Positions 1 through 30,435 of a stretch of DNA of 64,000 bases are shown here, in pieces. The stretch comes from Hormiphora californensis (taxonomy: Eukaryota; Animalia; Ctenophora): assembly GCA_020137815.1 (NCBI GenBank), contig CM035350.1, positions 9,734,001 through 9,798,000 on the forward strand, written 5' to 3'. Both the position numbers and the translations under genes were made by a program. How positions within the stretch are numbered: the first letter of the stretch is position 1; each line of letters begins with the position of its first letter. The notes under the pieces were generated by a model. The model was not told the DNA's origin. It saw nothing but the letters and a program-made list of their open reading frames with translations, and searched no databases.

Positions 1-54
<54 letters not shown>

Positions 55-65
55 CCTCTCTCCCT

Positions 66-14386
<14,321 letters not shown>

Positions 14387-14419
14387 GAAATATAATTACC
14401 GTGTTAGGTGTCTGTTGGG

Positions 14420-16682
<2,263 letters not shown>

Positions 16683-17088
16683 TGTCTGTTGGGTTTACCC
16701 GCCCCCACATGGTAACACTGACAGGGGGAATATAATATCCGTACAAGTATAATATTGATACACGTGTCTCTATGATGTGTGGTTAAAAATTAGACATTAG
16801 GTGGGGAAGGTGTGATAACTGGTAAAAAAGGGAATGAGGTGCACAGTTGATGCTTGATACTTTGGTCTTTGTGTCATAATAATTGCATGCATGATTTGGG
16901 ATGCACCTCTATGATAGCTATGCAGTATGCTACACACACACACCACACCCTCCCTCTCTGTGTGTTTCAGTAGTAGGGTTAACCTAGTTGTAGTCCCCCT
17001 ATTTGGATTTCTCAACCCACTAGCGTATAATACACTAAGCGGGCCCCGTGTGCAGCGGTGAATTCAATAAATGTGTCTGGACAGTGAG

Positions 17089-17143
<55 letters not shown>

Positions 17144-17147
17144 TCTC

Positions 17148-17194
<47 letters not shown>

Positions 17195-20100
17195 CCACTA
17201 CACGCACCACTCCCACACGGGGCCGTAAGGCCCCGTGCGAGAGCAGGGTTAAATCCCCCGAGCCCGGATCCTGTTGGATCTGAGGGCCCGGAGGGCCTGC
17301 GGAGTAAAGGTAGGTAGAACAATGTACATAAGGGTATGTTGAACAATGTACATATGGGGTAAAGTAAGGATAAAAAATAAACAAGGGGGAATAAAGCTCA
17401 TGGTGACGGAGCACAAGACCTTCTAAACTATCTGGAAAGAGGCCCAACCTTCTGCAACGGAGACTAAGAAGATTCAACCTATCAGGAGCCGAAGAAGCAA
17501 ATTGCTGGAACGGAATCTAAGGCAGCCTAAAAACAAGCAGGAACGGGTGAAAATACAAAAAGGGGGGTATCCGGAGGTTGATTACATGTCGAGAACTTTC
17601 CGGAGCGTGTTCATCGAGTTGAAGAGGACTGATTTTTGGAGCTGTGAGGGGTAGATTTGCCGGGTTATAGCCTGCAAGTACTTCTCCAGTCGGGGGCTAA
17701 CTCCGCCAAGAGCTCCAATCACGATGGGAATGACCGTGGCCTTTTTTGAGCTTCCCAAATTCTCGTGATCTCTCTCCGTAGTTCTTTCGGTACTTCTCGA
17801 TCTTCTCCACCTCCCTGTCTGAGGACTAACCGGTCTTTCGGTACGGCAACATCAATGAGGAGTGCCTCTTTTTTCCGTTTGTCCACAAGAACTAAGTCGG
17901 GCTTGCAGGCCTCAATGGGGTTGTCTGTTTGTATGAGAAAATCCCAGAGTATCTTATAATCATCGTTTTCTAGCACTTTGTCTGCGTAGTGGTTGTACCA
18001 CTTGGACTCAGCAGGGAATCCACGGTCTCTGCACACTCCCCAGTGTAGTGCAGCAGCTACTCGATCGTGACGCAGTTTATAGTCTCCATTGGCAAGCTTT
18101 TGGCACCCGTTTAGGATGTGTTCCACAGACTCATTGTGTTGGTTGCAGATACGGCACTTCTCGGACACTCCTTGTTGTTTTTCTATAGCAGCTTGTATCC
18201 AGTTTGTGCGAATGGCTTGATCTTGGGCGGCAAATACATCGGCTTCGGTGTATCTGCTGAGGCTCTCCTTGTTGAGCCAAGCCCAAGTCGCATCAGGGTC
18301 GCAACCCCCTTCTTCTAGCTGCTTCAGAAATCTTCCATGAAGTGGCTTACCCTTCCAGTTATCTATCAGTTGCCCTTCCAGTCTTTCTTTGAGGGCTTCT
18401 GCATTCTCTGGGGGTTTGTTCAGCATATCCTCTTTCACCATAGCTGTGTGAAGTGCACGTATCTTAGTGTCTGTGGAGTTGCTGAAGATATGATACTAGT
18501 CCTATTTCCTCCTTCACAATGACGTCTTCAATCCGTTGGAGACCTCTTCCTCCCAGCTTCCTGCTTACATACAGTCGATCAATGTCGCTGTTACTCTTGA
18601 GGAAACCTCTTCTCAGGATCTTTCTAGTAATCATGTCTAATCCTTTGGCATCAGTAGTGGTCCAGTCTAGTATCCCAGCGCCGTAGCGGATCACTGGTAT
18701 CGCCCAACGTGTTGATCGCAGTGGCAAGGTTCTTGCCGTGCAGGCTCGAAGATAGCAGTCTTTTGACTCTTCTGACGTATTCGGTTTTAACCTGGTCTTC
18801 ATCTCTTGTGCAGGATAACGTCAACCTCCAGGATGCCGAGGTATTTATAACCACCGTCTTCCACTTCCGGGATTGTGTTCCCACTTGGTAGTTCAATTCC
18901 CTGCATGTGTTGTCTGACCCCCGTCAACGATGTCTAGTGATCCACATTTAGCTATACCAAAAGACATGTTGATGTCGGTGCTGAATTTCTCAGTGATTTC
19001 CAAGAGATGCTGGAGGGTCTCCTCTCGAACTTGCGTACAGTTTCAAGTCGTCCATAGAGCCGATGGTTAATGGTGATATCTTCACCTTCCTCTTGTGCAT
19101 CTGGTTCGGATATGGTGTAGCCTCTCCTTCGGCGGTTAGTAGTAGGGAAAGGGGGATCAGTCCTATAATGAAGTGTATCCGGAGATCAGCGTCTCCTTGG
19201 TAATAGCCTCTCTTATTTGTACTTTCCTACCGATTATCCTACTGTACTATATTAACTACAACATTGTTGACGAGGCCTCAACAGTCTAATTATCTGGGGG
19301 TTTATTCTTTCTTGCACATCTCCATAGATTTCAAGGATCCAGAGTGGGGGTGAGTCTATGCCTTTTGGAGTCGACGAAGGCCATGGTGTAGAGAGGATTT
19401 TGTTGCGTTTGCAATGCGTGGATTAGTTTTTGTCGCTTGCTAGCTGTTCTTTACAATCCGTCTACTCTTCTTGCGCACCCTTCTGCCCTCAGGAAGAGAC
19501 TATTTACAATCCAGGTGTGGTAGATGTTCTCCGATACGATTCCTGTAATACAACAATTTCCGAGTTTTGGAAGACAGGTAATTGGGTCTAAAATTTCCTT
19601 CCCCGGGGTGGACATTCCCTTCTTGGGGCTCTTGATCATGAGTAGGTTCTAACCTTCAGAGTCATCCAATCTTGGATCTGGCTTGTAGTGAGGCTTCCGT
19701 TGAGTAGCTCAGCTATCCTTCCGTGGAGGCAGGTGGTGTGTTTTTTTGATCCAGAAGGCGTGGAGCCCGTCTATTTCCCGGGAGATGACCCAGCTTGGTC
19801 CAGTCCCTTTTCACTCGTGGGATGCAACTCTTTCTACGGGGTGATCATGGAAGTCCTCTTGTTGAGTGATCGTCTCGAAGTTTCCTTGGACGCCATCTAA
19901 CCATTCTGCTTCGGTGTTGTGGCCGGTTTCGGTTTTTCCTCCATATGTTCGTTCCAGAAGTTTATGGTCCTTGTTTCTCTTCCGCTGTGTTTCGAGTGGC
20001 GTGGGGGTGATCCTCTGTCCTCATTTCCTGTAGAAATCACGTTGGTTGTTCTGGAATTAGTTATTGTCCTTTAAAACCTCTGCTGCTTTCTTCTTATATC

Positions 20101-21584
20101 GCTTATCTCCCGGCCTTGGCCAGCAGGCCGCTGCTTGACCTCCTCTATTACTTGTTTATAGCCCTTCTATGGCCGCAGCGGGGTAGCTGCTTAGATGGTC
20201 TATAGTTTTTTGGAACTTTTGAGTGGCTCCTCTGCTCATTTCGGTCAGCCTGGGAATAGTCTGCGGCGAAGTTGGCGACACTCTCCTCGAGTCGTCGCAG
20301 GCCACATTTGGGTTGTTTGTTCCTTCCTTCCGGGGGAGTTCTAGGGTTTTTCCACTTGTGGCTTTATACCGCATTTTGTTTTCCCGGAAATATGTGCTAA
20401 CCCCCATCAGGAGGGTGTTCAGTGGTGGTGAGGTTCCTGGGACTTCAAACGATCTGATGACCGGAACTAAGTCGTCCGATGCACACGTAGTTTTTCCCCA
20501 TGGGACCTGCCTCCAGGCTCAGTGACTTTGATGGCGCTCGGTTTCCTCAAGGATTTCTTAAACTTGCTCCCTGATTTCTGGGTTTAGGTGCTTGACTCCT
20601 CATGGGGCCGCTGATGTGCAGGTGCACGGGTTCTGGAGGTGAATTGTCCTCTCGCTCAGCCTGCCGAGCCCGCGTCGGCGTTCTCCCCTTCAGATGGTGG
20701 CCGCTTCTCTGATTCCATGAGCCTTTTGTGGTGAAAGTAGTCCCGTGTGTTTCATAGACATTCATTTGGGATCTGAGCTGGGTATCATTCTGAAGGGTAG
20801 GTTTGTCTTTAACCTCTCTCCTCCACTCGATTCCACATCTCCGCTTTTTCGGTTGTAGTACCCACATGGATGAACACGAGGTGTAGTGTTCATTTCTGTG
20901 GTCCATTTCGTTCGTGGGCCTCTAGTTGGGGGTGTGTGGGGGTGTGGGGATCGGTGGTGTCCCAATTCGTTGTTGTACTGGGAACCAGCGTTGTTCTATT
21001 AACCGTGAGGTCCCCCTACCGGTATACTTTTAGGCCAGTTGCTAGGGCTTGCATATCTGTCATCTCCGTCCGGCGTTACCATGTTTCCTATTCTTTTCTC
21101 TAAGATCTGAACTGCCCAGCGAGTTTTTACCTGGCATTGGGTCATATCCTTTATCTCCCACAAGGCGTTCTACTAAAGCCTCTCCCTTCCAGGATCCGGA
21201 TGTGCCGGGTTTACTGCGGTAGGAGCAGTATACCAAGTCAGTTCTCTTGCTTAACCAGACCTCCTTGGTTTTCGGGTGTTTGTACTCAATTCGTATAGAT
21301 GAGTAGTTTTGGGGTGAGTTGCAAACCAATCACTGTATTTCATAGTCATCGGTTTGTTGTAAAGAAGAAGCCGGGTTTGGGGGTCCTTAACCCTGACCCC
21401 GGTGACAGGGTAACGGAATCCCCCCGCCACATTTGGTCCGTTAGTAGATGGTTTGTGCCCCGGCCCATCCTTGCAGCTTTCAGCACGAACGACACTTTAG
21501 CGTACGGGTGGTGTATCTATATAAATATGTCTATAGGGGATCTGGGATAGGGGCCCAGTGTGAATCATTATGATTCACGGGGAC

Positions 21585-22810
21585 GGGTGTAAACTATCCC
21601 TCTCTGGAGCGGGTAGACTATCCTCCTCCGTAGCAGGGATAAACTATCCTCTTGAACAGGGTAGACTACCCTCTTACGGACGGGCAACTATCCTCTGTGG
21701 AGCGGGGTGAACTATCCTCTCTGGAACAGGGGTAAAGCTATCCTCTCGGGAACACGGGGTAATGGGGTAGACTATCTCTCTGGGACGGGGCAACTATCCT
21801 CTGTGAATCGGTAACATCCTATCCTCTCTGGACCGGGTAAACTATCCTCTCTGGGACGGGCAACTATCCTTGAAGCGGGTAAACTATCCTCTCTGGACCG
21901 GGTAACATATCCTCGCCTTGAACGGGCCTACCTATCCTCTTGAACGGGGTAAACTATCCTCCTGGAACTGGGTAAACTATCCTCTCTGGGACGGGGGCAG
22001 CTATCCTCGTGTGAAGCCTTGGTAACTATCTTCTCTGGACCGGGTACAATATCCTCTCTGGACGGGGCAACTATCCTCTGTGACGCGGGTACACGATCAC
22101 TCTCTGGACCCGGGGTAAACGATCCTCTCTGGCACGGGCAACTATCCTCTGTGAAGCGGGGTAGTTGGGGAACTATCCTCTCTGGACGCGCGGTAAAACT
22201 AAATCCTCTCTGGAACGGCCTATTAATCCTCTGTGGCGGGGTAAACTATCTTCTTCTGGACCGGGGAAAACTATCCTCTCTGGGACGGTTCAACTATCCC
22301 CTGTGAAGCGGGGTAAACTATCCTCTCTAGACCGGGTAAACTATCCTCTCTGGGACGGGGCAACTACCTCTGTGAAGCGGGGTACCTATCCTCTCTTGAC
22401 CGGGTAAACATCCGCTCTGGACGGCCTACTATCCCTCTTGTGAAGCGGGTAAACTAATCCTCGTCCGGAGCGGGGCAAACTATCTTCTCATGACCGGGGG
22501 GTATGGGGGACTAATCCTCTCTGGGCCGGGGCACTTCCGCTGTAAGCGGGATAAACTATCCTCTTGGGACGGGGTAAACTATCCTCTCTGGACCGGGTAA
22601 ACTATTCTCTCTGAACGGGTACAACCTAACTGGAACTGGATCGAGACCCTATTAATGAGATTGAATAGTGGGTTTTAGCAGATTATAATCAGGATGGTCG
22701 TGGTTAGTAGTAAAGGGCAATGGAGGTCCACAGGGTAACTATACCTGTGGAGCGGGGAAACTAGCCCCCTCGGGATCGGGGTTAACTTATCCTCTCAGGA
22801 ACAGGGTAAT
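21585..22810. repeat. Degenerate ~22-23-bp tandem array in the 5' region of the retrotransposon
   Basis: Units like ggggtaaactatcctctctggac. Confidence 0.9.
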
Positions 22811-23042
22811 GAAAGGGTTTGGGGGTTAGAAGATTAGTATCAGGATGGGTTAGTGGGTTAGTAAGATAAAGGGGGCATTGGAGGTCCACACAGTGGTGGA
22901 AGGTGCCTGTTCCACGGGCACCCTAAGCCGGAGAAGGCGGGTAGAACATGTAGTTGGCGATGATACACTGTGGGGCCGCCTAGCCAGAAGATATTTTTGT
23001 GTTTTTTGGTATTTTATGATTTTTTTCCGTATTTTTGATACA

Positions 23043-23179
23043 CAGCCACGCTTATCCACGGCCACACGGACGAAATCGATCAAGGGTGAAAAGGGGAATG
23101 GGGAAAAGGGTACTCCGTGGGTGACCCTGTTGCCCTGGGGAAACCGATAGGAGGTGGTGGCAGGTGGACCAACTCCCCC
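23043..23179 (-). ncRNA. Putative HDV-like ribozyme at the 5' end of the RLE element (possibly degenerate)
   Basis: P1 GGGGGAG/UUCCCCA; P3 ACC/GGU; L3 UCCUAUC; then GG-GCAACA as in HDV. J4/2 and P2' are imperfect. Confidence 0.5.
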
Positions 23180-25414
23180 CCCTCTCTCTCTCTCTCTCTC
23201 TCCTCTCCTCTCTCTCTCTCTCTCTCCTCTCTCTCGCTCTCCTCTTCCTCTCTCCTCTCTCTCTCTCTCTCTCCTCTCCTCTCTCTCTCTCTCTCTCTCA
23301 CTCTCCCCTCTTATCTTGCTGTCTCCACAGCCCCAAAGCAGGCTAATAACAGCGCTGATAAACCACATTATAACCTCATCCTAGGTGATTACCAGCTAGA
23401 AGTATCAACTGAAATACTTTGACACACAAGCTGGCATTTCTCGTCCTCCTCTTTTTCTCCCCCTTATTTTCATATTATGTCGTTCTCTCGCCTCAAAATT
23501 CACAACGACATACAATTTATTCATCCTACACAACTCTCCAAGCAACACACCGACACTGTAACTTGCCGAAGTAACGCTTCTCCAGTACCAACCTGGCCGC
23601 TAGAGACGAAGGGTCCAAATACACCCATCTTACCGTAGCAGCCCCCACCCTCTGGTGCGTAATTTGGGGAGCAGCTTGCTTCTTATGTATTGGGGCAGAG
23701 GGAGAGAGGGAGAGAGGAGAGAGAGAGATGTAGAGAGGGGAAGAGAGCGAGAGAGGAGAGAGAGGAGAGAGAGAGAGAGAGCGAGAGACGAGAGAGGAGA
23801 GCCCGCGAGCGCAGATCTCGTCGAGCGCGAGACGAGCTCGCTCGCGCAGCGCGCGCTCGCCGAGAGCGAGTATCCGGTCGAGCGCGATAGAGAGATCTCT
23901 ACTCTGTCTCTCTCTCGCTCTCTCTCTCGCTCTCTCTCGCGCTCTCTCTCTTCTCTCGCTCTCTCTTCGCGCCTCTCGCTCGCGCTCGGTTCTCTCTTCT
24001 CTCGCTCCTCTCTCTCTCTCATCTCTGCTCTCTCAGCTCTCATCTCTCTCTCTTCTCCCTCCTCTCTTCCTCTCTCTTCTCTCTCTTCTACTTCCCCTTC
24101 CCCCATCCCTTATCTTCCCTTCCTGCAAATACGGTGCATGCAGCTGTTATTATCTGTGTGCGGTATAGAAAAACTATCCCTCTTTGCTGCAGCACACACA
24201 AACACGGGCCCCTAATTCCCTCACTATACCATCACTCATGTTCACTATTACTTACTTTCACACAAATTAGGGGAGCCCTAGGGCTTGCAGAACATGCACC
24301 CATTTACAAGGGGGATCACAACAGTTGACGGAATTTTGTGCCATAAATGATAAAACGAACGGAGAATTTGAGAACTGAGGATGGGTGAAAGGAAATAAGT
24401 TCAGCAGAGAGAGATGGAGTTTGGAAGATGAAGGAACTAATAAACAGGCTAGAATCTTCCCAATCTTTTTGAGCCGAAGCCAACACTTCTATGTTCCATA
24501 TTTGATTTGATGGGGCAACCAGTAATTATGAATAAAAGTGTTACTTGTGATAAAAAACGATGAAAAAATGTGGTGAAAACAAGATAAAAACCTCTCAAAC
24601 GCTGCTGTGTCAAAATGGGTATGTATTCGAAGAGGTACCCTGTCAAGTGCTTCACTGCTTCTCACCAGAACCTAGGGGGAACACAAAATACATGTCAATT
24701 TGAAAAACAACAGAGATAAGAGAAAGTGGGTGAGAAAAGTTAATATATGTATGGGACACATACCTTTAGCAAGGCTAAAAGAAGTATCATCTGCATCTCA
24801 TAACAAGGCCATAATCTGTGGAATAATAAGTAATTATAGTCTGATTTTTTTAACTGTCCCCCTTTTTGTATAACAGTCGTGATATCTGTCATATACTGAA
24901 GAAGGGTGGCCATGGCGGTCAGAATGGAACTTTATTGAACTGCAGTATAATAGATTCTGGTGATCACAATAGTACGACCGGTAGAGGAAGAGCAAACGTT
25001 AAAATATGGGAGCCTTCCATTGCTAACAATCCACCGATTTGGAAGTCGAGACGGGTCAAAGCTGCCCGTTAGGGTCTGGTATGGGTTATATTTGGGGTTA
25101 TCGGTTAGTGCTATTGATTATCAGATACCGTTTAGTTTAATCAAATTTGTCATGTGGTTGCATGACCATTAGATGTATAGTACATAAATATTATAATCGC
25201 ACCCACTATAATAGAAGACCCCATTAAAATTGCCACTCGACGTGCGTCTCGTGCAGTACAGTGTGGATACGGCAGTACTTTTCAAAGAGCAATTTAAATT
25301 ATGCACTTAAGGTGATTCCTGATAAGATAGAGTTCATCTTGAAAGCATTGGAAAGATCCATATTATAATTTCCACAATGTTAGTTAGTCAGTCCTTATCA
25401 GCAGTGATGATACC

Positions 25415-25510
25415 TAACATTTTTCAAACGCTTCTAAGACCCCTAAGTTTAAGTTTATGCACAATTTATCACAAAGTCTTTAGGGTCTTAGAAGCGTTTG
25501 AAAAATGTTA
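25415..25510. repeat. Short foldback/MITE-like inverted repeat
   Basis: taacatttttcaaacgcttctaagaccc ... gggtcttagaagcgtttgaaaaatgtta. Confidence 0.8.
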
Positions 25511-26899
25511 GTTTGTATCGCGCAATGACGGCTCTAAGTAAAAACTAACACAATAATGGGGAAAGAGAATCGTTTGATTACCCGTAACTCAATATTTAAG
25601 GGTCCTAAATCGCGTCGGAAAAGTTAAGATGTCAAAAAATACGACATTTTTCACCGTAGCCACCCCAAATATTATCCAATCGATATGAAACTCGGTCAGT
25701 ATGTGCGTTTTGATGTCCTTTGGCCAGGGGCTCCCAGCAAACGGATTGGCAAGATGAGAGCTGACTGGAGTTCTTAAAGTTTCACGAAATTTCAAATTTG
25801 AAGTTTTTTCGCGTCAAAACGCGATCACTGAGTGAAACAGCAATCCGACACCGGGGTCTCAGATAATAAACGCACACCACGATCGGTCACAGAGTGAACC
25901 TGCAAAGTGGTACAACACCGAAGTGTCGAAAAGATGTACTCTACCCCATCATGAACCGGTATTCATTTATAGCTTATTAGCCTGGACTCATGCGTGCCCG
26001 TTTAGCAAATCACGTATCAAAACTAGAACCCAAAGGCTTTTTGGAATTCAAGAAGAGGGCTATATCTAAAATTTTAAATTTGCCCATTAGGCCTTCCGTT
26101 TCTACGACAAATCCGGAGCATTTATCTGTAACAGGGAAAATGTTTAAAGACCCATTGAAAGATTTAAAATCAGTCCAAAAGTTGCCGGACAATAAGCCAG
26201 AAACGCCATAACACTCCGCGCGAGCTGATCTATCTGGCAAGTGGCTTGACTCATTGTGAGATTGCATTCAGAGGCTATATAGCTAAAGTGATTTTTTTAT
26301 AGTTAAGTTTACGGTAATTCCAAGCACATGGAACGGCATTCCATAGGCGCCCTCCCCTGCCATCGACGCGCATAAAAACGGGATTACAAATGTTAGGGTT
26401 CATTGAAAGCAACATTAGGGGAAAACTCCCCAAAAGAGGACTTTTGGCTGATTCAGGGGAAGAAGTGGCATTATGGATACAGATCTGTGAAATTAAAATT
26501 GGCAATAAAGGTTTAGGGAGAATGATACTAAGAATTGCGCATTAGCTGTTACATAACGGCAATCTCTCGGAAGATGATAGGAGAGAGTTATAAAAATTAG
26601 GAAATTTAGTGAAAAGATATTAAAATTTGGCAAAAGTTACCGGAAATTAGGGATGATTTGGGAGAGATTAGGGCACAATTCAGGGATGCCCTTTAGAAGA
26701 TAACAACTACTTCAGGCGACAAAAGGAGAATTGGGCAATGTAGGGAGATATTTAGGGAAGATTACCAGAAGGAGGCGAATTATAGGCGAGAATAGGAGAA
26801 ATTTGGTCAATTATGGAATAAGGTTTAGGATAGAATAGAAAAGAAGGATTTAGGAGAATGAGACCGAAATAATGTATCGGAGGAGGGCCCCCACAAATT

Positions 26900-28719
26900 A
26901 TAGGGAGAAAAAAGGGAGGTCGGAAGAAAGGGAGAATAGAGAAGGGAGAAGGAAGAACCCGAGGCGATTAGGGAGAAAGGAGGGGATATTGAGGGACAGT
27001 AGTGGGATAATATAGGAATAGAAGGGATAAATTAAAGGATAAGACACTGAAGGGACATAGAAGAAGGGAGGGGAAGAGAAGGGAGGGAAAGAGAAGGGAG
27101 TGAAGAGAGAGGGAAAGGGAAGAGAAGGGAGGGGAGAGAAGGAGGGGAAAGAGAAGGGAAGGGGAGAGGAAAGGGAAGGAAGGGAAGAGAAGGGAAGGGG
27201 AAGAAAGGGAGGGGAAGAGAAGGGAAGAGGGAAGAAAGGGAGGGGAGAATAGGGGAAGAGAAGAAGGGAAGAGAAGGAGGGAAGAGAAGGGAGGGAAGAG
27301 AAGGGAAAGAAAGGGAGAGAAGGGAGGGGAAGAGAAGGGAGGGGAAGAGGAAGGGAGGGGAAGAGAAGGGAGGGGAAGAGAAGGGAGGGGAAGAGAAGGG
27401 AGGGGAAGAGAAGGGAGGGAGAGAAGGAGGGGAAGAGAAGGGAGGGGAAGAGAAAGGAGGGGAAGAGAAGGGAGGGAGAAAGGGAAGAGAAGGGAAAGAG
27501 AAGGGAGGGAAGAGAGGGAGGGGAAGAGAAGGGAGGGGAAGAGAAGGGAGGGGAAGAGAGAAGGGAGGGGAAGAGAAGGGAGGGGAAGAAGGAGGGGAAG
27601 AGAGGAGGGGAAGAGAAGGGAGGGGAACGAGAAGGGACAGGGAAGAGAAGGGAGGGGAAGAGAAGGGAGGGAAGAGAAGGGAGGGGAAGAGAAGGGAGGG
27701 GAAGAGAAGGGAGGGGAAGAGAAGGGAGGGGAAGAGAAGGGAGGGGAAGAGAAGGGAGGAAGGAAAGGAGGAAGAGAGGAGGGGAAGAAAGGGAGGGGAA
27801 GAGAAGGAGAGGGAAGAGAAGGGAGGGGAAGAGAAGGGAGGGGAAGAGAAGGGAGGGGAAGAAAGGGAGGGGGAAGAGAAGGGAGGGGAAGAGAAGGGAG
27901 GGGAAGAGAAGGAGGGGAAGAGAAGGAAGGGAAGAGAAGGAGGGAAGAGAAGGGAGTGGAAGAGAAGGGAGGGAAGGGAAGGGAGGGGAAGAGGAAGGGG
28001 AAAGGAAGGAAGGGAAGGGAAGGGAAGGAAGGGAGGGGAAAGGGAAGGGAAGGAGAAGGGAGGGGAAGAGGAAGGGAAGGGAAGGGAGGGAAGGGAAGGG
28101 AGGGGAAAAGGGAAGGGAAGGAAGGGAAAGGAAGGAAGGGAAGGAAGGGAAGGGAAGGAGAAGGGAAGGGAAGGGAAGGAAGGGGAAGGAAGGGAAGGGA
28201 AGGGAAGGGAAGGGAAGGGGAAGGGAAGGGAAGGGAAGGGAAGGGAAGGAGGGAAGGAAGGGAAGGGAAGGGAAGGGAGGGAAGGGAAGGGAAGGGAAGG
28301 GAAGGGAAGGGAAGGGAAGGGAAGGGAAGGGAAGGGAAGGGAAGGGAAGGGAAGGGAAGGGAAGGGAAGGGAAGGGAAGGGAAGGGAAGGGAAGGGAAGG
28401 GAAGGGAAGGGAAGGAAGGGAAGGGAAGGGAAGGGAAGGGAAGGGAAGGGAAGGGAGGGAAGGGAAGGGAAGGGAAGGGAAGGGAAGGGAAGGGAAGGGA
28501 AGGGAAGGGAAGGAAGGGAAGGGAAGGGAAGGGAAGGGAAGGGAAGGGAAGGAAGGGAAGGGAAGGGAAGGGAAGGAAGGGAAGGGAAGGGAAGGAAGGG
28601 AAGGGAAGGGAAGGGAAGGGAAGGGAAGGGAAGGAAGGGAAGGGAGGGAAGGGAAGGGAAGGGAAGGGAAGGGAAGGGAAGGGAAGGGAAGGGAAGGGAA
28701 GGGAAGGGAAGGGAAGGGG
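26900..28719. repeat. Polypurine low-complexity tract, (GGGAA)n and 15-mer variants
   Basis: Almost pure G/A on the + strand. Confidence 0.95.
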
Positions 28720-30435
28720 TAGTGGCGCTTGGGTAGCTGTACGCATAACACACTAACCTATCATGGAGATATCTCCAGATGAGGGTCAACAGAAGAAGTG
28801 GACTGTCCCATGCCGCATGTGGTAGTCGAACACTCCGTTGACTGTGGATTACACACCATCGTAACTCTCGGTGCCCGGTGGTGGGCACATTTTAATAGCT
28901 AGAGGTACTCCTGAATGGGATTTGGTCGTTAGAAATTCGTTTTTGGTAGCCCATTACCCATTTTGACACTTCTGTCAGTGGACCCGTGCTGACAAGAAGG
29001 GGAAGAAATGAAAAGAGAGCCGTGGCTTGAAGTCAATACCTAGAACAAACCTTTTTTATTCACATAACCCTCCAACTCCACCTCTTCCATCAATTGTATA
29101 ATAACTGCAAAGTTTAGTACTCGCCAGACGCCATATATGCCATTTTTTCCAGAATTCCAAATAGGGCCTGACGGTCAGAGGACAACCAATCGCATACCAT
29201 AGACTGTTTGCTGGCATTTTTTACTTATCAATGACGGGAGAATCATAAATTCGCCTTTCCGAAGGTTTTTTATTGTCTGGGAAGTCGTTCTTAGGAAAGC
29301 AAAAGTCAAAACAAAAATGCACACTTTTTTTTAAAAATGCACACTATTTTAAAAAAGTCTGGGTCAAATTGAGCTTGGAATTTCGAAATCGACAAAAAAT
29401 TTCAAAATCTACAAAACGCGCAGCGCGCTCCGACGCGCAAATCGAAAAAAGACGCCGCGCACCCCCCCATTTTCCCCACTAATTGGGCCAATTTGGGTAG
29501 CGCCGCGAGCATCGGAGCACTGCAGCAGCAGCACGTCACTGAGAATTTCGTTACAATCACACTGCACACACATGCCACATTGCATCAATGGAGTGCATCA
29601 TTGGCGTTGGAACATCAATGAGGAACAGTTCGGTGGAAGGGAAACCAGTCCAAGAGTGCTGTCATGGCTGTAACCAGCCCCAGCGTCGTCTAATTACAAC
29701 GATAAAGTATGAAAGTTTCACCCTCCGCCGAAACATTCCTAATTGATATATTGGGTACAAAATAAATATTCTTTGATTAGATGGATTTATAACAAATTGA
29801 ACGCAAAGTTCTAAGAAGACAGATCACAAACAATTGTTAACTTTCTGGACACTACTTATCGATCACAATATATGTATGTAATATTCTCAAAGAGTTTTGT
29901 TCAAACCCTGGCCCTAGAACATGGTAAAAAGAGTTCGTGATCTGATATCCTAATCTAACGATAATTATAGTCCTATAAATCTCAATTTACAGCAGCATCT
30001 TGTAGGGAATGCGGACAGTGACAGCTCCGTGTCTAACTTTAGTAGACGTGTCCGATGTCCGTACCGTAGTTAGTCGAATTCCGTTATAATATTATTATGG
30101 GAAACGGGTCTAACGGCTGATTCAAGGCATCGATTTTAGATACACATATCTTGTAGATGGGATGATATTAATCGTCTAGAGAGGGTGTTGTAACCAGTAC
30201 TCGGCATAATCCTGGGAGGGGGAGGGAATGTTAGTTAAAAGAGCGTCCAGTACCATGCTCCTTTTATAATTTGGTTTATCGACTATTCAAAAAGACAACC
30301 GTCTAGCTGAGAAAGAGACACAAATCGTCTCTTCTGAGAAGGGATGATTTCAGTCTTCTCCGCTTCCTTCCTTATCTTAATGTGTCACATGGGGTGGGCC
30401 TCTATCAGAAATGACAAGAATCGATAATTTTGTAC

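Larger units (their letters stand above)
17191..23179 (-). mobile_element. RLE-type non-LTR retrotransposon (R4/Dong-like), frameshifted
   Basis: Fragments: RLYVSRKLGGRGL, WKGKPLHGRF, AAQDQAIRTN, CCHC motif CRIC..ESVEHILNGC, YKLRHD, restriction-like endonuclease KPDLV..D.AVP, degraded RT upstream. Both ends abut (CT)n. Confidence 0.85.

Noticed and set aside
23690-24110. (GA)n-CG-rich-(TC)n foldback
   Set aside because: Low complexity and noisy; probably a sequencing or consensus artefact.
25990-26505. Short ORFs on both strands
   Set aside because: No recognisable domain or convincing splice model.
26898-28888. ~600-aa PFPSL-repeat ORFs
   Set aside because: They are translations of the (GGGAA)n microsatellite.
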